A stretch of DNA of 64,000 nt from Candidatus Poribacteria bacterium. Lineage in GTDB: Bacteria > Poribacteria > WGA-4E > WGA-3G. Shown one piece after another: positions 9,399-20,055 of this stretch; within the stretch, counting starts at the first letter, position 1, and every line of letters starts with the position of its first letter. The position numbers and the translations under genes are program-made. The notes beneath the pieces were generated by a model. That model was not told the DNA's origin. It saw only the letters and a program-made list of their open reading frames with translations, and searched no databases. The stretch spans positions 4,416,001-4,480,000 of the forward strand of contig OZ242029.1 in assembly GCA_965205015.1 (NCBI GenBank), in the 5' to 3' direction.

Positions 9399-12300
9399 AT
9401 GGATAAGTTAAAACGAGCGATTCATTTTATGCTTGTAATGCCTTGCGTCCTGAGTACGGCTGTGTTCTATGGGTGTGGTGCCGATCCTCTCGGACCGTAT
9501 GTACCGCTCCTACCTGCAATTGAAAGCGAAGCGAAATTCTCAAGCAGATTCCAATTGGAAGAAGAACCGCAGTTCTTCCATGATCTTTATGGTGCAGAAA
9601 TCGTGGAAGGCAGCGAACTCAATGCATACACCGATCAGAAAAAATTCGATCAGAACGGCAAATTAATCGTTGGGTGGGGCGGTCAGCTGGATAGTCTTCG
9701 CTTCACAACGCAACTTGACCGGACAATCTTGGTTGAAGAAACCTTTCTCGGTAGATATACTGACTTTGCTATTGGTGATCACCTGCGCCTCAAACCTGCT
9801 ACCCTGTTTCCAAACCGATATATTCTCTACAAGACGGAGTTCGATGGACTTCGGTGGGACATCTCTTTTGCGCAGGAACACCATCTCTTTAGTCTCATCC
9901 ACTCACGTATTTCTAATCCTATTAAACTCACAGATGATACCTTAGTGCAAAGACTCGCAGGAGATCTTGGACGCCGGAACGGATTGAACCAATCAAGCGG
10001 TGTCAGGAATATCGAAAACGCGCGCCTCATCGGTTTTCGTGGACAAGGGCTTTTCGGTGAAATGTTCCGTATCGGATTTACGTATGTCAATTTGTATAAA
10101 GAACATCCCGAACGTTTGATAAATTCATTCATGGGGACAGTTGCCAATACACCCCCTGAAACAATATCCGTTGTTTTCCGTGATGACTCGCCTGAGGATA
10201 ATCACACGAGTGCATTCACAGATTTTCGTTCTTATGATCCCGACTTACATAGCGATCATATCCAAGAGGGGGTTGGTGCGGCTTTCAAAAGCATGAAAAT
10301 TACGATCGTCACACAATCACTTCACAAATTACCCCCCGCCGCGATAGCGGAAGGCATTGAACCCGAACTGCTACCAGAAAGGACGCACCAATTCGAGGTC
10401 TTCGCGGACGAACTGGTTCCGGTTGATCACAGCGGCGGTCCCTCCGAAATCCGAAATTCCGTTGACGGGAAGTGGAAAATTGTCACCGGTTTCAATAAAA
10501 TGAAATACGATCTTATGCTGACGGATGAGAAGATTAACATTGACCCGCGGACAGTCAAATCGGTTGTCTTTGACATGGTTGTTGCGGGGGATTACAATAT
10601 AGCGGTTATCGGTTTTAGTGAAGCAAATAGAGCCGAAGATGACCCCGACCTACAAGAGTGGATTAAAACGACAGACGGTCGCATTCAGATGCCGTATCGT
10701 GACGTAATTGAGGCACCGGGGAATTACGGTCAATCTCCGGATTACATCAAAAATAGAAAAAAACTTGCAGACGATCCCACGCAATGGAAAGGTGAAGGGA
10801 GACCTCGAAAAATCCGATATCGTTATGGCGCCGCACGTGCAGCAACGCTCTACGGACTTGATCTTGAAGGCACTATCAGTAATGTTTTCATCAGGGCACA
10901 CTACTCTATTAATGGAAAATACAAACAGTACCCGACGATCCCGAAAGATAAAGTAGGTTTCAGTCGAACCAAAACGACTCTTCAGATGCCCGATGGTGAG
11001 GAAGAAACAGGTGTCACTATTGATCTCGGCAGCCAACTCCCAGTCGATGCAAATGGGATCCCGACATACTCGGAAACCGAGGGCGAGCGTTTTGAGGCTT
11101 TTTTAGGGGGTGACGGCACAGATGAAGATGGCAACGGGAAACTCGGTAGAGAAACCGCCTGGTTCGTCCAACTTAAGTCTCGTTTTGACAAACTCCACTT
11201 AGAAGGGGTTTTGTATCATATTGATCCAGGCTATACAACCAACTATCTGAATTTTGGCGCGCATCCGAATCGTGGTCAAATTTACACACTTGAACGCGGC
11301 CAACCTAATAGACCCTTGGAAGACCGACTTCCAGAAGAACAAATTCCGTGGGACGTAACCAATTATACACTGATTGAGGATGACGATGATGACGATGATT
11401 GGCCCGATGATAGTGACTTTGATGGCGTCATTCCACGCGCTGATGACCGAGACCAGAATGGGGTATTAGACTATCAAGAAGATTTTCTCATTTTTGATGC
11501 TGACCCGCCTGTGTTTGGCAATCCTATCGACCTGAACAATAACGGTATTGTTGATACAATTGAGGATGATTTTGAACCGGAATACGAATACGGGATAGAC
11601 CGTCAGGGGTATCACCTTAAAGCAAAATACGATCTGCTTGATAACCTTGTTATTCAAGTGGGTTGGTTAAACGAAAGCGAAATTTCCAGCCGACGGAAAA
11701 ATAACGCGAAATACATACATGTCACTTACAAACGCAGCATTCCCGATTTTGGGAGCTTTCACTTCCAAAATCGATTCGTCCGAGTCCATGATGATATTCC
11801 AGATTACGCAATCGCCTTGCCTGTTGGAGAATTGGAGTCGATTCACATTAATGATGAACTCGATTTTTACAACGCACGGGTGAATACAACGACGTTCCAA
11901 TGTCTCTATACCGCAGTGCGAGACTTGACCCTTGAAGCCAAGTTCTTTGTTCTCATGCAAAAACAGTTTGAACAGGATCAAGAAAAGGCACTTTTCAGGG
12001 ATATTGAATACGACTCGATATCAGAGGAATTTGAAGCCGATGAACGCGTCGACTTTATGGTGCCAATTGAGCAGGTCAGAGCTTACGAAGAAGGGCGGGC
12101 ATACCCGTTCTATCCCGATCACGGCATTAACGCACTCGACCCGACTGACACGGGTTTAATCTATGACGACACGAATTGGAAAAAACGGCGTTATCCCGAA
12201 CGGAACATCCGGAATCAACTCACGATTCTGAAGGCAAAATACGAAATTCCACTTGTGGATCTTCCATTCGTCAACAAAATTGTTGAAGATTTAACGCTAA

Positions 12301-12752
12301 CGCCTATGGTGAAGTACGTCTGGGACCGCGCTTTTGACCGGAGTGCCGAGGAAATTCCCAAAACACTCAATCCGGACCTGTTTCTCCCAACCGATGCTGA
12401 ACCGATTGAGTATTTGCGATTCAATCGTCAAAGTCGAGAGGATATTCTTGGGGTCCGTCTTGATTATCAGTTTACACCGCGATTGAATATCATTGGCGGA
12501 TTCCAATACCGGAAGTTTTCCAACCGGGATAAAAACTTCAAGAACTACCTACAAATTTTCTCAGATGACGTTAAAGTTCCAAACCTATATCGACCTGACC
12601 TGCGAACCCGTATTTTTGAAATCCACGCCATCAACAGAGGCGAATGGCTCGGTTTCTATATCGTCATTCTCGCCGGTCACCGTAGAACCACGCATCTGTT
12701 TGAACGGACGACCAGTAATACAACGTTTGTTCGAGCGATGATGGGTTTCTAA
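9399..12752 (+). CDS. Large hypothetical outer-membrane (lipo)protein with Asp-rich Ca-binding-like region
   Basis: AAGGAGG RBS; FYGC lipobox; DDDDDDDWPDD / DRDQNG / DLNNNG motifs; amphipathic strands and terminal Phe. Confidence 0.75.
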   Translation: MDKLKRAIHFMLVMPCVLSTAVFYGCGADPLGPYVPLLPAIESEAKFSSRFQLEEEPQFFHDLYGAEIVEGSELNAYTDQKKFDQNGKLIVGWGGQLDSLRFTTQLDRTILVEETFLGRYTDFAIGDHLRLKPATLFPNRYILYKTEFDGLRWDISFAQEHHLFSLIHSRISNPIKLTDDTLVQRLAGDLGRRNGLNQSSGVRNIENARLIGFRGQGLFGEMFRIGFTYVNLYKEHPERLINSFMGTVANTPPETISVVFRDDSPEDNHTSAFTDFRSYDPDLHSDHIQEGVGAAFKSMKITIVTQSLHKLPPAAIAEGIEPELLPERTHQFEVFADELVPVDHSGGPSEIRNSVDGKWKIVTGFNKMKYDLMLTDEKINIDPRTVKSVVFDMVVAGDYNIAVIGFSEANRAEDDPDLQEWIKTTDGRIQMPYRDVIEAPGNYGQSPDYIKNRKKLADDPTQWKGEGRPRKIRYRYGAARAATLYGLDLEGTISNVFIRAHYSINGKYKQYPTIPKDKVGFSRTKTTLQMPDGEEETGVTIDLGSQLPVDANGIPTYSETEGERFEAFLGGDGTDEDGNGKLGRETAWFVQLKSRFDKLHLEGVLYHIDPGYTTNYLNFGAHPNRGQIYTLERGQPNRPLEDRLPEEQIPWDVTNYTLIEDDDDDDDWPDDSDFDGVIPRADDRDQNGVLDYQEDFLIFDADPPVFGNPIDLNNNGIVDTIEDDFEPEYEYGIDRQGYHLKAKYDLLDNLVIQVGWLNESEISSRRKNNAKYIHVTYKRSIPDFGSFHFQNRFVRVHDDIPDYAIALPVGELESIHINDELDFYNARVNTTTFQCLYTAVRDLTLEAKFFVLMQKQFEQDQEKALFRDIEYDSISEEFEADERVDFMVPIEQVRAYEEGRAYPFYPDHGINALDPTDTGLIYDDTNWKKRRYPERNIRNQLTILKAKYEIPLVDLPFVNKIVEDLTLTPMVKYVWDRAFDRSAEEIPKTLNPDLFLPTDAEPIEYLRFNRQSREDILGVRLDYQFTPRLNIIGGFQYRKFSNRDKNFKNYLQIFSDDVKVPNLYRPDLRTRIFEIHAINRGEWLGFYIVILAGHRRTTHLFERTTSNTTFVRAMMGF

Positions 12753-12792
12753 ATGGCAATCAGTTGTCGGCTTCTTTGCTGACGGCTAACGG

Positions 12793-15700
12793 CTATCGCT
12801 GGCGTGCGGGGAAAAGTGTTCCCAATAGACCTATTACCGACTCGTTGACTGTCGGTGTAATGTGTAACTGATTCTGTAGATAGGCTTCGTAGAGCGGAAC
12901 GACTCCCAAAACGAACCGAGTGAGTGTGTCATCGTCCATAGAGAGGTGAATTGCAGTCTCTTCTGAAACTCCGTCCGATATGCGAATTTCACCGGCTCTG
13001 ATGATAAGGCTTGCTTGATGTTCCAAACCTTTGATGCCGATTGTCCCTTGCCAGCTCTTGTAATCATCGCTCTCGCTCAGTCGTTTGGAAAGCAATGGGG
13101 AAAGCTCACGAAGGAGCATAGGTAGATTGAGGATCTTGAACATCCATACCCACCCTGCCGCCGCCGATGTGTATCCAAAATTGTGGAACAACTTTCTGAC
13201 ATAATTCTTTTCCACCTCTCCTTCGGGTCCCCAGCTTATCTGTTTATATTTACGTTTCACCAGTTCGTTGTGCAACACGCAAAGCAGAGAAGTGCCAACC
13301 TCCTCAAGAAAACTCTCCGAGTGTGGGGAATCCTTGGAAGGTTGAGGACTAAGACAGAATTCCCTGATTGATGCGTTCTCTTTTCCGTCGCATCGCGCTT
13401 GCACATACCCAAGCACCTCTCCATCTTTTTCTGCGAGATAAATCAACCAGGTTTCTGACGTTCTAGGTCTTTCGGCACGCTTCGGTCTAAGTTCCACCTG
13501 GTCAGCGTGAAATGCCTTGAATACGCGTGCCATTGCGGCTTCATCCCCCTGCGAGTATGGACGGATGGCTAAGCCCTCAACCACTTTCGCCTGTTCGTGC
13601 TGCAAGGTTTTGGTGAATTCCCGCGCTACGAACCCATCAACGAACCCAAAACTTCTGTACATCCCGTGGGCAGTGTTTTCCGTGCCGGTATGAAGCGAGA
13701 TACAAGAGTGCCGGCGGACCAGTTCATGCGCCATTGACGCGCCGAATATCCACCGCGACAATCCCCTCCGACGATATTTCGGGTGGGTATGCACCCATCC
13801 TACGTAAGTGCCGGGAGCATGCGTGTTGTGAGGGAAGTGATGTGTATGGAGATGTAAATTGCAGACGGCAACGCGATAGCCTGCGATCATCGGATGTAGA
13901 TGTAAGTCCGTAGTACGTTTGACATCCATCGTTTCCATATTGCGTCTGACATCCATCGTTAGGAGAGGTATCCCATTTTCGTCCGCGAGTTCTTCATAAG
14001 AGAACACTTCGGCAGCTGGATGGTCGATTTTGGCAAGGAGGTATCCGGTTTCGAGTTGGTATCTGTAATCTTGATGTGGCGCGATCTCTACGAGCCGATC
14101 CAAGGTTCCCTCCACGCGACCGCTACGAACCAACATCAAGACCGCCATCGCCACAAGTCCATCATCTCCCGTTTCGACCGTCAGCTCTTCAAGCACTTCC
14201 ACTGCCCGCTCATCACAACTGTTGATGAGTTTTGTCGCGGCAGTCAGTCGTTCATATCTGTCTAACGCGTCCAGTTTAGCAACTAACCCCGAAATCGTAT
14301 GCTCAGATTCGTCAGCGATTTCGAGAAGACTGTCAAGTGCATCGATTCTGTCGCTTGTGTCTGCGGTTGTGTCGCGAATCACTCCATTGAGGTATTTACG
14401 GACTTCCGTCACAAATTCGTCGCTGTCATTCGGCAACAGTGGGAGCGGATGGACAGTCGTGCCGATCTCCTCAAACCATGGAAACAGGTCTTCACTTACC
14501 GCTCGGCTGAGGTAATAGATGAGTCTATCCACCGATGAGAAGGTTGTGTCCGGCATGTTCTTTTCTGTGTCGCTTGATTTTTTCGACAACACTTCAGCGA
14601 GCCGGACGAACAAGTCGTCCCCATATTTCTCAAGTAGTGCCTTCAGTATCCAGATGGGTTTGCGATATCGTTGCTCGTAAACCCTCGCGATGTCAATGGG
14701 TTCCTCCGCTTGGGCGTTTTTACGAAATTGTTGCTCGGCTTCCGCGAGCATCTCTGCCGCCTCTGTTTCAAATCCGAGCAATTTCATTGCCCAGATACCG
14801 AAGAAAAACGGGAATCCCTCTCCATCAAAAATAAGCTCAGTCACCTTTCCAAATGGCGTTTTATGAGCAAGCAATTCACTCGCCTCGACACCGAGCGCAT
14901 AAGCGAGCCTCGGAGGACTGACACACGCCCCAATTGTCATTACCGAAGCTTTCGTCCAACCGAGGTCGTATTCATGAACACACGACGGTGTCAGATCGAT
15001 GTCCCATTCAATTTTCTCACCTTCAGGGAATTTCGAGAGCATCTCCGCCGCCAGTTTCTCAGCAAATGCCATACAGGTATCCACACGGTCCTCAACGAAG
15101 TGCGTATAGTAAATCTTGATCTTTCCGTCCTGTTTGCCCTGTTCTGCAATCGGAATTTCATCAGGAATTGCTTGATTACCCGTTGCCGAAGAGACGCGAT
15201 TGACTCCTAAGCAATCGATGAAGTGTCGAGATACAGGATGATTCTCCTTTTGAAAGAGCTGCGTGTTGATCAGCAGGACGCGTCCTGCCCCAAAATGGAG
15301 ACAGGCGCCAACGGGTTCTCCCGTCTCGTTATGTTCAAGAAAAACGCTGCTATCCTTAGGAATATCAAGGATACCGCAATGCGTGAGCCCCAGGTCATCA
15401 ATCCCCAATCCATCGACAATTTCATCGTCAGTGAGACGCAGATTTTTCTTTGTATAACCGCGTAACGGATTCGCGTCAATATCCATCTCTCCTTGTCCTT
15501 CAGGTACCGGAAGAAATCGTGCGCCGAAAAGAGCCGCGACGTGATTAACCCCCAATTCCGAGATCGGTTCACGAACATCTCGCTCGAACCGACTTGTGCT
15601 GGAAGTTAAGAGCAGTCCGCCCCCGTTTTCTACAAACTCTTGGATAAGTCGGAGCTCCACCTCGGTGTATTTTAAAGGCGTGTTGCTGCAAATCGTCAGT

Positions 15701-15849
15701 ACATCGTAGTTTTCTACCACTGCTTCACTGAGATAATCCCGATTGTTAGTGGTATGATAGATGCTATCCGGCTCAATCCGTATCAATCCATCCGACCAGC
15801 CGGTATCACGTGAAGTATCAACTAAGATTCGAATTTGTTCTTTTGCCAT
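12793..15849 (-). CDS. Multidomain protein: GATase-like N-terminus, helical/HEAT middle, Eis-like tandem GNAT plus SCP2-like C-terminus
   Basis: FVENGGGLLL (class I GATase-like/DUF4350); VHTHPKYRRRGL and MYRSFGF acetyl-CoA motif; KILNLPMLL Eis-like segment. Confidence 0.75.
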   Translation of the reverse strand: MAKEQIRILVDTSRDTGWSDGLIRIEPDSIYHTTNNRDYLSEAVVENYDVLTICSNTPLKYTEVELRLIQEFVENGGGLLLTSSTSRFERDVREPISELGVNHVAALFGARFLPVPEGQGEMDIDANPLRGYTKKNLRLTDDEIVDGLGIDDLGLTHCGILDIPKDSSVFLEHNETGEPVGACLHFGAGRVLLINTQLFQKENHPVSRHFIDCLGVNRVSSATGNQAIPDEIPIAEQGKQDGKIKIYYTHFVEDRVDTCMAFAEKLAAEMLSKFPEGEKIEWDIDLTPSCVHEYDLGWTKASVMTIGACVSPPRLAYALGVEASELLAHKTPFGKVTELIFDGEGFPFFFGIWAMKLLGFETEAAEMLAEAEQQFRKNAQAEEPIDIARVYEQRYRKPIWILKALLEKYGDDLFVRLAEVLSKKSSDTEKNMPDTTFSSVDRLIYYLSRAVSEDLFPWFEEIGTTVHPLPLLPNDSDEFVTEVRKYLNGVIRDTTADTSDRIDALDSLLEIADESEHTISGLVAKLDALDRYERLTAATKLINSCDERAVEVLEELTVETGDDGLVAMAVLMLVRSGRVEGTLDRLVEIAPHQDYRYQLETGYLLAKIDHPAAEVFSYEELADENGIPLLTMDVRRNMETMDVKRTTDLHLHPMIAGYRVAVCNLHLHTHHFPHNTHAPGTYVGWVHTHPKYRRRGLSRWIFGASMAHELVRRHSCISLHTGTENTAHGMYRSFGFVDGFVAREFTKTLQHEQAKVVEGLAIRPYSQGDEAAMARVFKAFHADQVELRPKRAERPRTSETWLIYLAEKDGEVLGYVQARCDGKENASIREFCLSPQPSKDSPHSESFLEEVGTSLLCVLHNELVKRKYKQISWGPEGEVEKNYVRKLFHNFGYTSAAAGWVWMFKILNLPMLLRELSPLLSKRLSESDDYKSWQGTIGIKGLEHQASLIIRAGEIRISDGVSEETAIHLSMDDDTLTRFVLGVVPLYEAYLQNQLHITPTVNESVIGLLGTLFPARQR

Positions 15850-15995
15850 TGTCTTATTCCCTATTCATCAAATTTATTAGGCCCATCTCAGGGTTAGATT
15901 TTAATCTTCAGTGTTTCAGATTTTGCTTAGATCACATGATAATCGATCCTTTCTTGTATTCAACTATATCAACAACACTTTCTTCAAATTTTTTG

Positions 15996-16024
15996 TTGCA
16001 CTCCAGCTCTGATGTTGCTATGAT
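15996..16024 (+). promoter_or_regulatory. sigma70 promoter
   Basis: TTGCAC-17 nt-TATGAT with extended -10 TG. Confidence 0.55.
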
Positions 16025-16069
16025 AGGTGTAAACAAGCACACTCTTTTTGGCAAACTTCGGAGACACAC

Positions 16070-17203
16070 ATGAACAACTATCGTATTGCAATCATCGGTT
16101 TAGGTGGCATGGGCGGGAGTCATGCCGAGGCGGTGCAGTTAGAAGGAAACTGTGAACTCGTCGCTGGGGCGGAGATCAATCCAGAACGCGCAAAAGCCTG
16201 GAGCGAACGATTTAGCGTCAAAGCCATCTATGACGACTATGAAAAGATGCTTGACGAACAACAACCTGACATCGTCATCGTCCCAACGCAGGCACCGATG
16301 CACCACCCACCAACGATCGCCGCGGCACAGCGCGGTATCCACGTCTTCTGTGAAAAACCGACTGCTCTCAACCTTATTGAAGCCGATGAGATGGTTGAAA
16401 CCTGCGATCAGCATCACGTCAAGTTTGCCATTAACCACATTAAGCGTGCCAGTCCTTATAACCGTCACGTCCTTTCACTGATCGAAAAAGGCGAGATCGG
16501 TGAGGTGGTGTTGCTGAAGGCGACAGACAAAGGCGGACGCAAGGTAGGCAATTCGCTAATGGAGATGGGCACCCATCTCTATGATTGGTTACGTCTCTTC
16601 GCTGGCGATGTTGAGTGGACACACGCGCACCTCGTGCAGATGGATGGACGCGAGTCAACCGTCGACGACATCAAACACACCCAGGAAGTCCACGCATTCG
16701 ACCGCGACGCGGGGCTTGTGCTCGGTGAACGCGGACACGCCGCTTTCCGCTTCAAGAACGGTATCCATGCCGATGTGCAGTTCCTCGCGCAACCAGAAAC
16801 AAACGATAACGCCTACGGCATCGACATTATCGGCACTGAAGGACGAATTGCGATTCGAGAGAGCGTCGGCACAACGATGTTTATCCACAAAGGGCAACAT
16901 AAGACACCGGCAGAAGCCTGGGAACCGGTGCATCTATCCGCCGAAGACTTGGACGAACAAGGTAATCCACGAGATAAAGCGTCAATACGGTTGCTATTGC
17001 AACGTCTCATGCTCCGCGATCTCATTGAAGCGATTGAAGAAGACCGGGATCCGTTCGCGAGTGGCAGAGACGGTCGCGATTGCCTTGAAATGATCCACAC
17101 GACATGGGAATCACATAGACAGAAGGCCCGGGTATATATGCCACTTACGCCCCGCGAACACCCACTCGAACGGTGGCAAAGAGAAGCAGACGCACGAAAA
17201 TAG
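16070..17203 (+). CDS. Gfo/Idh/MocA oxidoreductase
   Basis: IAIIGLGGMG Rossmann motif; HVFCEKP. Confidence 0.92.
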   Translation: MNNYRIAIIGLGGMGGSHAEAVQLEGNCELVAGAEINPERAKAWSERFSVKAIYDDYEKMLDEQQPDIVIVPTQAPMHHPPTIAAAQRGIHVFCEKPTALNLIEADEMVETCDQHHVKFAINHIKRASPYNRHVLSLIEKGEIGEVVLLKATDKGGRKVGNSLMEMGTHLYDWLRLFAGDVEWTHAHLVQMDGRESTVDDIKHTQEVHAFDRDAGLVLGERGHAAFRFKNGIHADVQFLAQPETNDNAYGIDIIGTEGRIAIRESVGTTMFIHKGQHKTPAEAWEPVHLSAEDLDEQGNPRDKASIRLLLQRLMLRDLIEAIEEDRDPFASGRDGRDCLEMIHTTWESHRQKARVYMPLTPREHPLERWQREADARK

Positions 17204-17212
17204 GAGATCTTT

Positions 17213-17893
17213 ATGCAACGTTTGGATATTCTTCATCCCTCAATTGACGACTACCTACTCGACATCATTCCTGAACGCGATGCGGTGCTAACCGAAATGG
17301 AGGCACACGCACGGGCAAACCGCTTTCCAATTGTGGGACCACTCGTCGGGCGCGTCTTGCACCAATTGGTATTGCTGACGAATCCAACACGGATTTTCGA
17401 GATGGGATCGGGCTTCGGATATTCGGTGTATTGGATGGCGAAGGCGTTGCAAAAACCGGAAGCCTCTATCATCTGTACCGACGGTTCACAGGAGAATGCT
17501 GATCGCGCAGCAGATTACCTCACTCGCGGTGGTATCGCAGATCGCATCGACTATCGCGTCGGCAACGCACTCGAAATCATCGAGGAAACCGAAGGCGAAT
17601 TTGACATCATCTACAATGACATCGACAAAGACGGATATCCTGAAGCCTTCCACAAGGCGATCCCACGGCTCAGAAGTGGTGGATTGTTTATCACGGATAA
17701 CATGATATGGGGTGGGCGCGTCGTCACACAGGCGTCCGGTAACCCTCCAGAAGGACTTGATGAACGGGAGCGATGGTTCCATGCAGCGACAATTGGTGTC
17801 AGAGAATTGACACGCCTGCTCTATAGTTCCCGCGATGTATTCACGACGATTATTCCGCTCCGAGATGGCGTCTCGGTTGCGGTGAAACGTTAA
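17213..17893 (+). CDS. O-methyltransferase (COMT/YrrM family)
   Basis: FEMGSGFGYS; DIDKDGY; GGLFITDN; IPLRDGV. Confidence 0.9.
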   Translation: MQRLDILHPSIDDYLLDIIPERDAVLTEMEAHARANRFPIVGPLVGRVLHQLVLLTNPTRIFEMGSGFGYSVYWMAKALQKPEASIICTDGSQENADRAADYLTRGGIADRIDYRVGNALEIIEETEGEFDIIYNDIDKDGYPEAFHKAIPRLRSGGLFITDNMIWGGRVVTQASGNPPEGLDERERWFHAATIGVRELTRLLYSSRDVFTTIIPLRDGVSVAVKR

Positions 17894-17952
17894 TCCCTGA
17901 AAGAAACCTATCTTTGCTTTTTACGGCGAAGAATATCAAGAGGAGAGTCACA

Positions 17953-18969
17953 ATGTTTTTTGAAAAAAAATCGTTTTCTGTTAAAGTCAATCTGCTCGCT
18001 ATTGTTTGCTGTCTTTTGTTCACACTGTCTACGCTGCCTGTGATGGCACATTCAGGCGGCGAGGTAACATGCAAAAAAACCGAGGGACCTATCACGATCG
18101 ATGGAATGATGGATGAGGCGGAATGGGACGCAGCATTTCAAGAATCTTCACCCTTACAAGACATCGTCGTAGACCCACGCGATCCGAAGCATAACCAAGA
18201 GTGGTATCAAATTATTCCCGGCGGTGGTGCTGGTAGCGATACCAACGATGGCGGTCTGCGTGTCAGTCGCGGCAAATTCGATGGCGACGATGATTTTCTG
18301 GCACGCTGGGCAACCCTATGGGATGACGACTACCTCTATTTCGCATTCGATATTACCGACGATACCCACCACGCATACGCCAATGATCTCGCTTCTCGGG
18401 ACGGCGACATTGACGGGATATGGTTGCTCTTCGACACCAAGCATGATGCCCCTGTCTTTGAGTTTCCGCACCATGAGTTCGAGACGAAACATGTCGCCAA
18501 TAACAGCAGCTATGAAGCCGACGACCACTATTGGATCTTCGCGCCTGTAACGACTGAAGATGTAAGCGGTGCATGGTCACAATCGTTGAGTGCGGGACGT
18601 GATCCAGAGTTAGGCGAACCCGGCAATGGACACGTCGCAGGTCAGAAGACAGGAAGCGGTTATGCTGCTGAGATGCGTCTACCTTGGTCGATCTTTGAGC
18701 CGTTTTTCGGTGCAGCACTCGCCCCAACAGACGGCTTAGTCATCGGATTCGACATCACAATTACAGACATCGACGGGGACGCGCCCGGCACGTATGCCGC
18801 ACCCCTTGGTGGCGCGGTCGCTTGGTCGAGTGATTTTGAAAACGATAACAGTCCGGGTGTACTCGGTGACCTCCTTATCTCCAACGAGGTTATCGGCAGT
18901 GCAACGTCTGTCGATCCTACGGGCAAATTGCCTGTGACATGGGGTAAGATTAAGGGCACCTATAAATAG
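17953..18969 (+). CDS. Secreted CBM9/DOMON-like sugar-binding protein with C-terminal tail
   Basis: ITIDG-x-x-DE-x-EW, WDDDYLYF, GY-x-x-EMRLPW, IGFDI; tail VDPTGKLPVTWGKIK; AGGAGAG RBS. Confidence 0.8.
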   Translation: MFFEKKSFSVKVNLLAIVCCLLFTLSTLPVMAHSGGEVTCKKTEGPITIDGMMDEAEWDAAFQESSPLQDIVVDPRDPKHNQEWYQIIPGGGAGSDTNDGGLRVSRGKFDGDDDFLARWATLWDDDYLYFAFDITDDTHHAYANDLASRDGDIDGIWLLFDTKHDAPVFEFPHHEFETKHVANNSSYEADDHYWIFAPVTTEDVSGAWSQSLSAGRDPELGEPGNGHVAGQKTGSGYAAEMRLPWSIFEPFFGAALAPTDGLVIGFDITITDIDGDAPGTYAAPLGGAVAWSSDFENDNSPGVLGDLLISNEVIGSATSVDPTGKLPVTWGKIKGTYK

Positions 18970-19000
18970 TCCAAAATTAATTATTTTCATATACAGAAAC

Positions 19001-19023
19001 AGGGCGGGGACATTCCCCGCCCT
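19001..19023. terminator. Hairpin between convergent genes, probable terminator
   Basis: AGGGCGGGGA-cat-TCCCCGCCCT. Confidence 0.65.
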
Positions 19024-19102
19024 TAACAAATCAATGGAATTCAGTAACTCCAGCCTGAAGGCTGGAGATTGAAGCAATACGCGCATTTAGCGTTGACCCG
19101 TA

Positions 19103-20023
19103 TTAATCCGCTCGTTTCAAATGTTTTTTAAGGAACACTTTCGTCAATTCCGGGACCTTGGGATCTTTAAACCAGCCATGCCCGCCGCCTTCCACTTTGT
19201 AAAACGTAACCGGTACCCCCGCTGCTTCCAAGGCATCCTTCAATAACACGCTCTGTTGATACGGGACAAGTTTGTCTCGATCCCCATGGATAATTAGAAA
19301 AGGCGAATCGTCTTTGGACACATAAGTGATTGGGTTCGCTCTTGCGACGCGGTCCTGATGTTCCTGGATAGGTCCTCCTACCAATTGAGACTCTGGAGAG
19401 TCAGGCGCGTCATGCACCAGGCCCTCTGGAAGGCTTTGCGCGTCCATCTGAAGGAAGTCTGTGGGACCGAAGTAGTCAACAACGGCTTGCACCCGACTGG
19501 ACACCTTCAGGTTTTCACCGACCTCAAATTCCGCTACATCGCCTGTCGTGCCGAGCATGGCGACGAGATGTCCACCAGCGGATGAACCCCACGCTGCGAA
19601 ACGGTTCGGATCAAGGCGGTAGGTTTTCGCATTCGCGCGCAGCCACCGGACAGCGGCTTTCACATCTTCGATTTGCGCGGGAAAGATGGCGTGCTGGCTC
19701 AAGCGATAGTTGAGACTCGCTCCGGCATAACCGGCTTTGAGATATTCCATCCGGATGGTATGTGTCTTGTCTCCACCGCGCCAAGCGCCTCCATGCACCC
19801 AGATAATAAGCGGTAAGTCTTCCCCCATTTCTGGGATATACAGGTCGAGTTTCTGACGTTCGTGTCCCTCCGGAACATAAGCCACGTCGCGATACACCGT
19901 TACACCTTCGGGGACTTTCGGCGCCTCGGCGGAACCTCGACGTTGGGTCAGCACCAAAGTCGCGGCTACAAGAAATAGTATCAAGACAAGTGTGGCTACG
20001 ATCTGCATCATCAGCTTTCGCAT
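19103..20023 (-). CDS. Alpha/beta hydrolase (esterase/lipase, BD-FAE-like)
   Basis: HGGAW, GSSAGG, HGDRD-x-LVP, GGGHG. Confidence 0.92.
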   Translation of the reverse strand: MRKLMMQIVATLVLILFLVAATLVLTQRRGSAEAPKVPEGVTVYRDVAYVPEGHERQKLDLYIPEMGEDLPLIIWVHGGAWRGGDKTHTIRMEYLKAGYAGASLNYRLSQHAIFPAQIEDVKAAVRWLRANAKTYRLDPNRFAAWGSSAGGHLVAMLGTTGDVAEFEVGENLKVSSRVQAVVDYFGPTDFLQMDAQSLPEGLVHDAPDSPESQLVGGPIQEHQDRVARANPITYVSKDDSPFLIIHGDRDKLVPYQQSVLLKDALEAAGVPVTFYKVEGGGHGWFKDPKVPELTKVFLKKHLKRAD

Positions 20024-20043
20024 TGACTTTCTCCTCCGTTATC
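20004..20043. repeat. 40-bp direct repeat, copy 1 (copy 2 at 27873-27912)
   Basis: tgcatcatc(a/g)gcttt(c/t)gcatt(g/a)ac(t/c)ttctcctccgttatc, 36/40 identical by manual alignment. Confidence 0.75.
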
Positions 20044-20055
20044 GAGGGTTTCATT

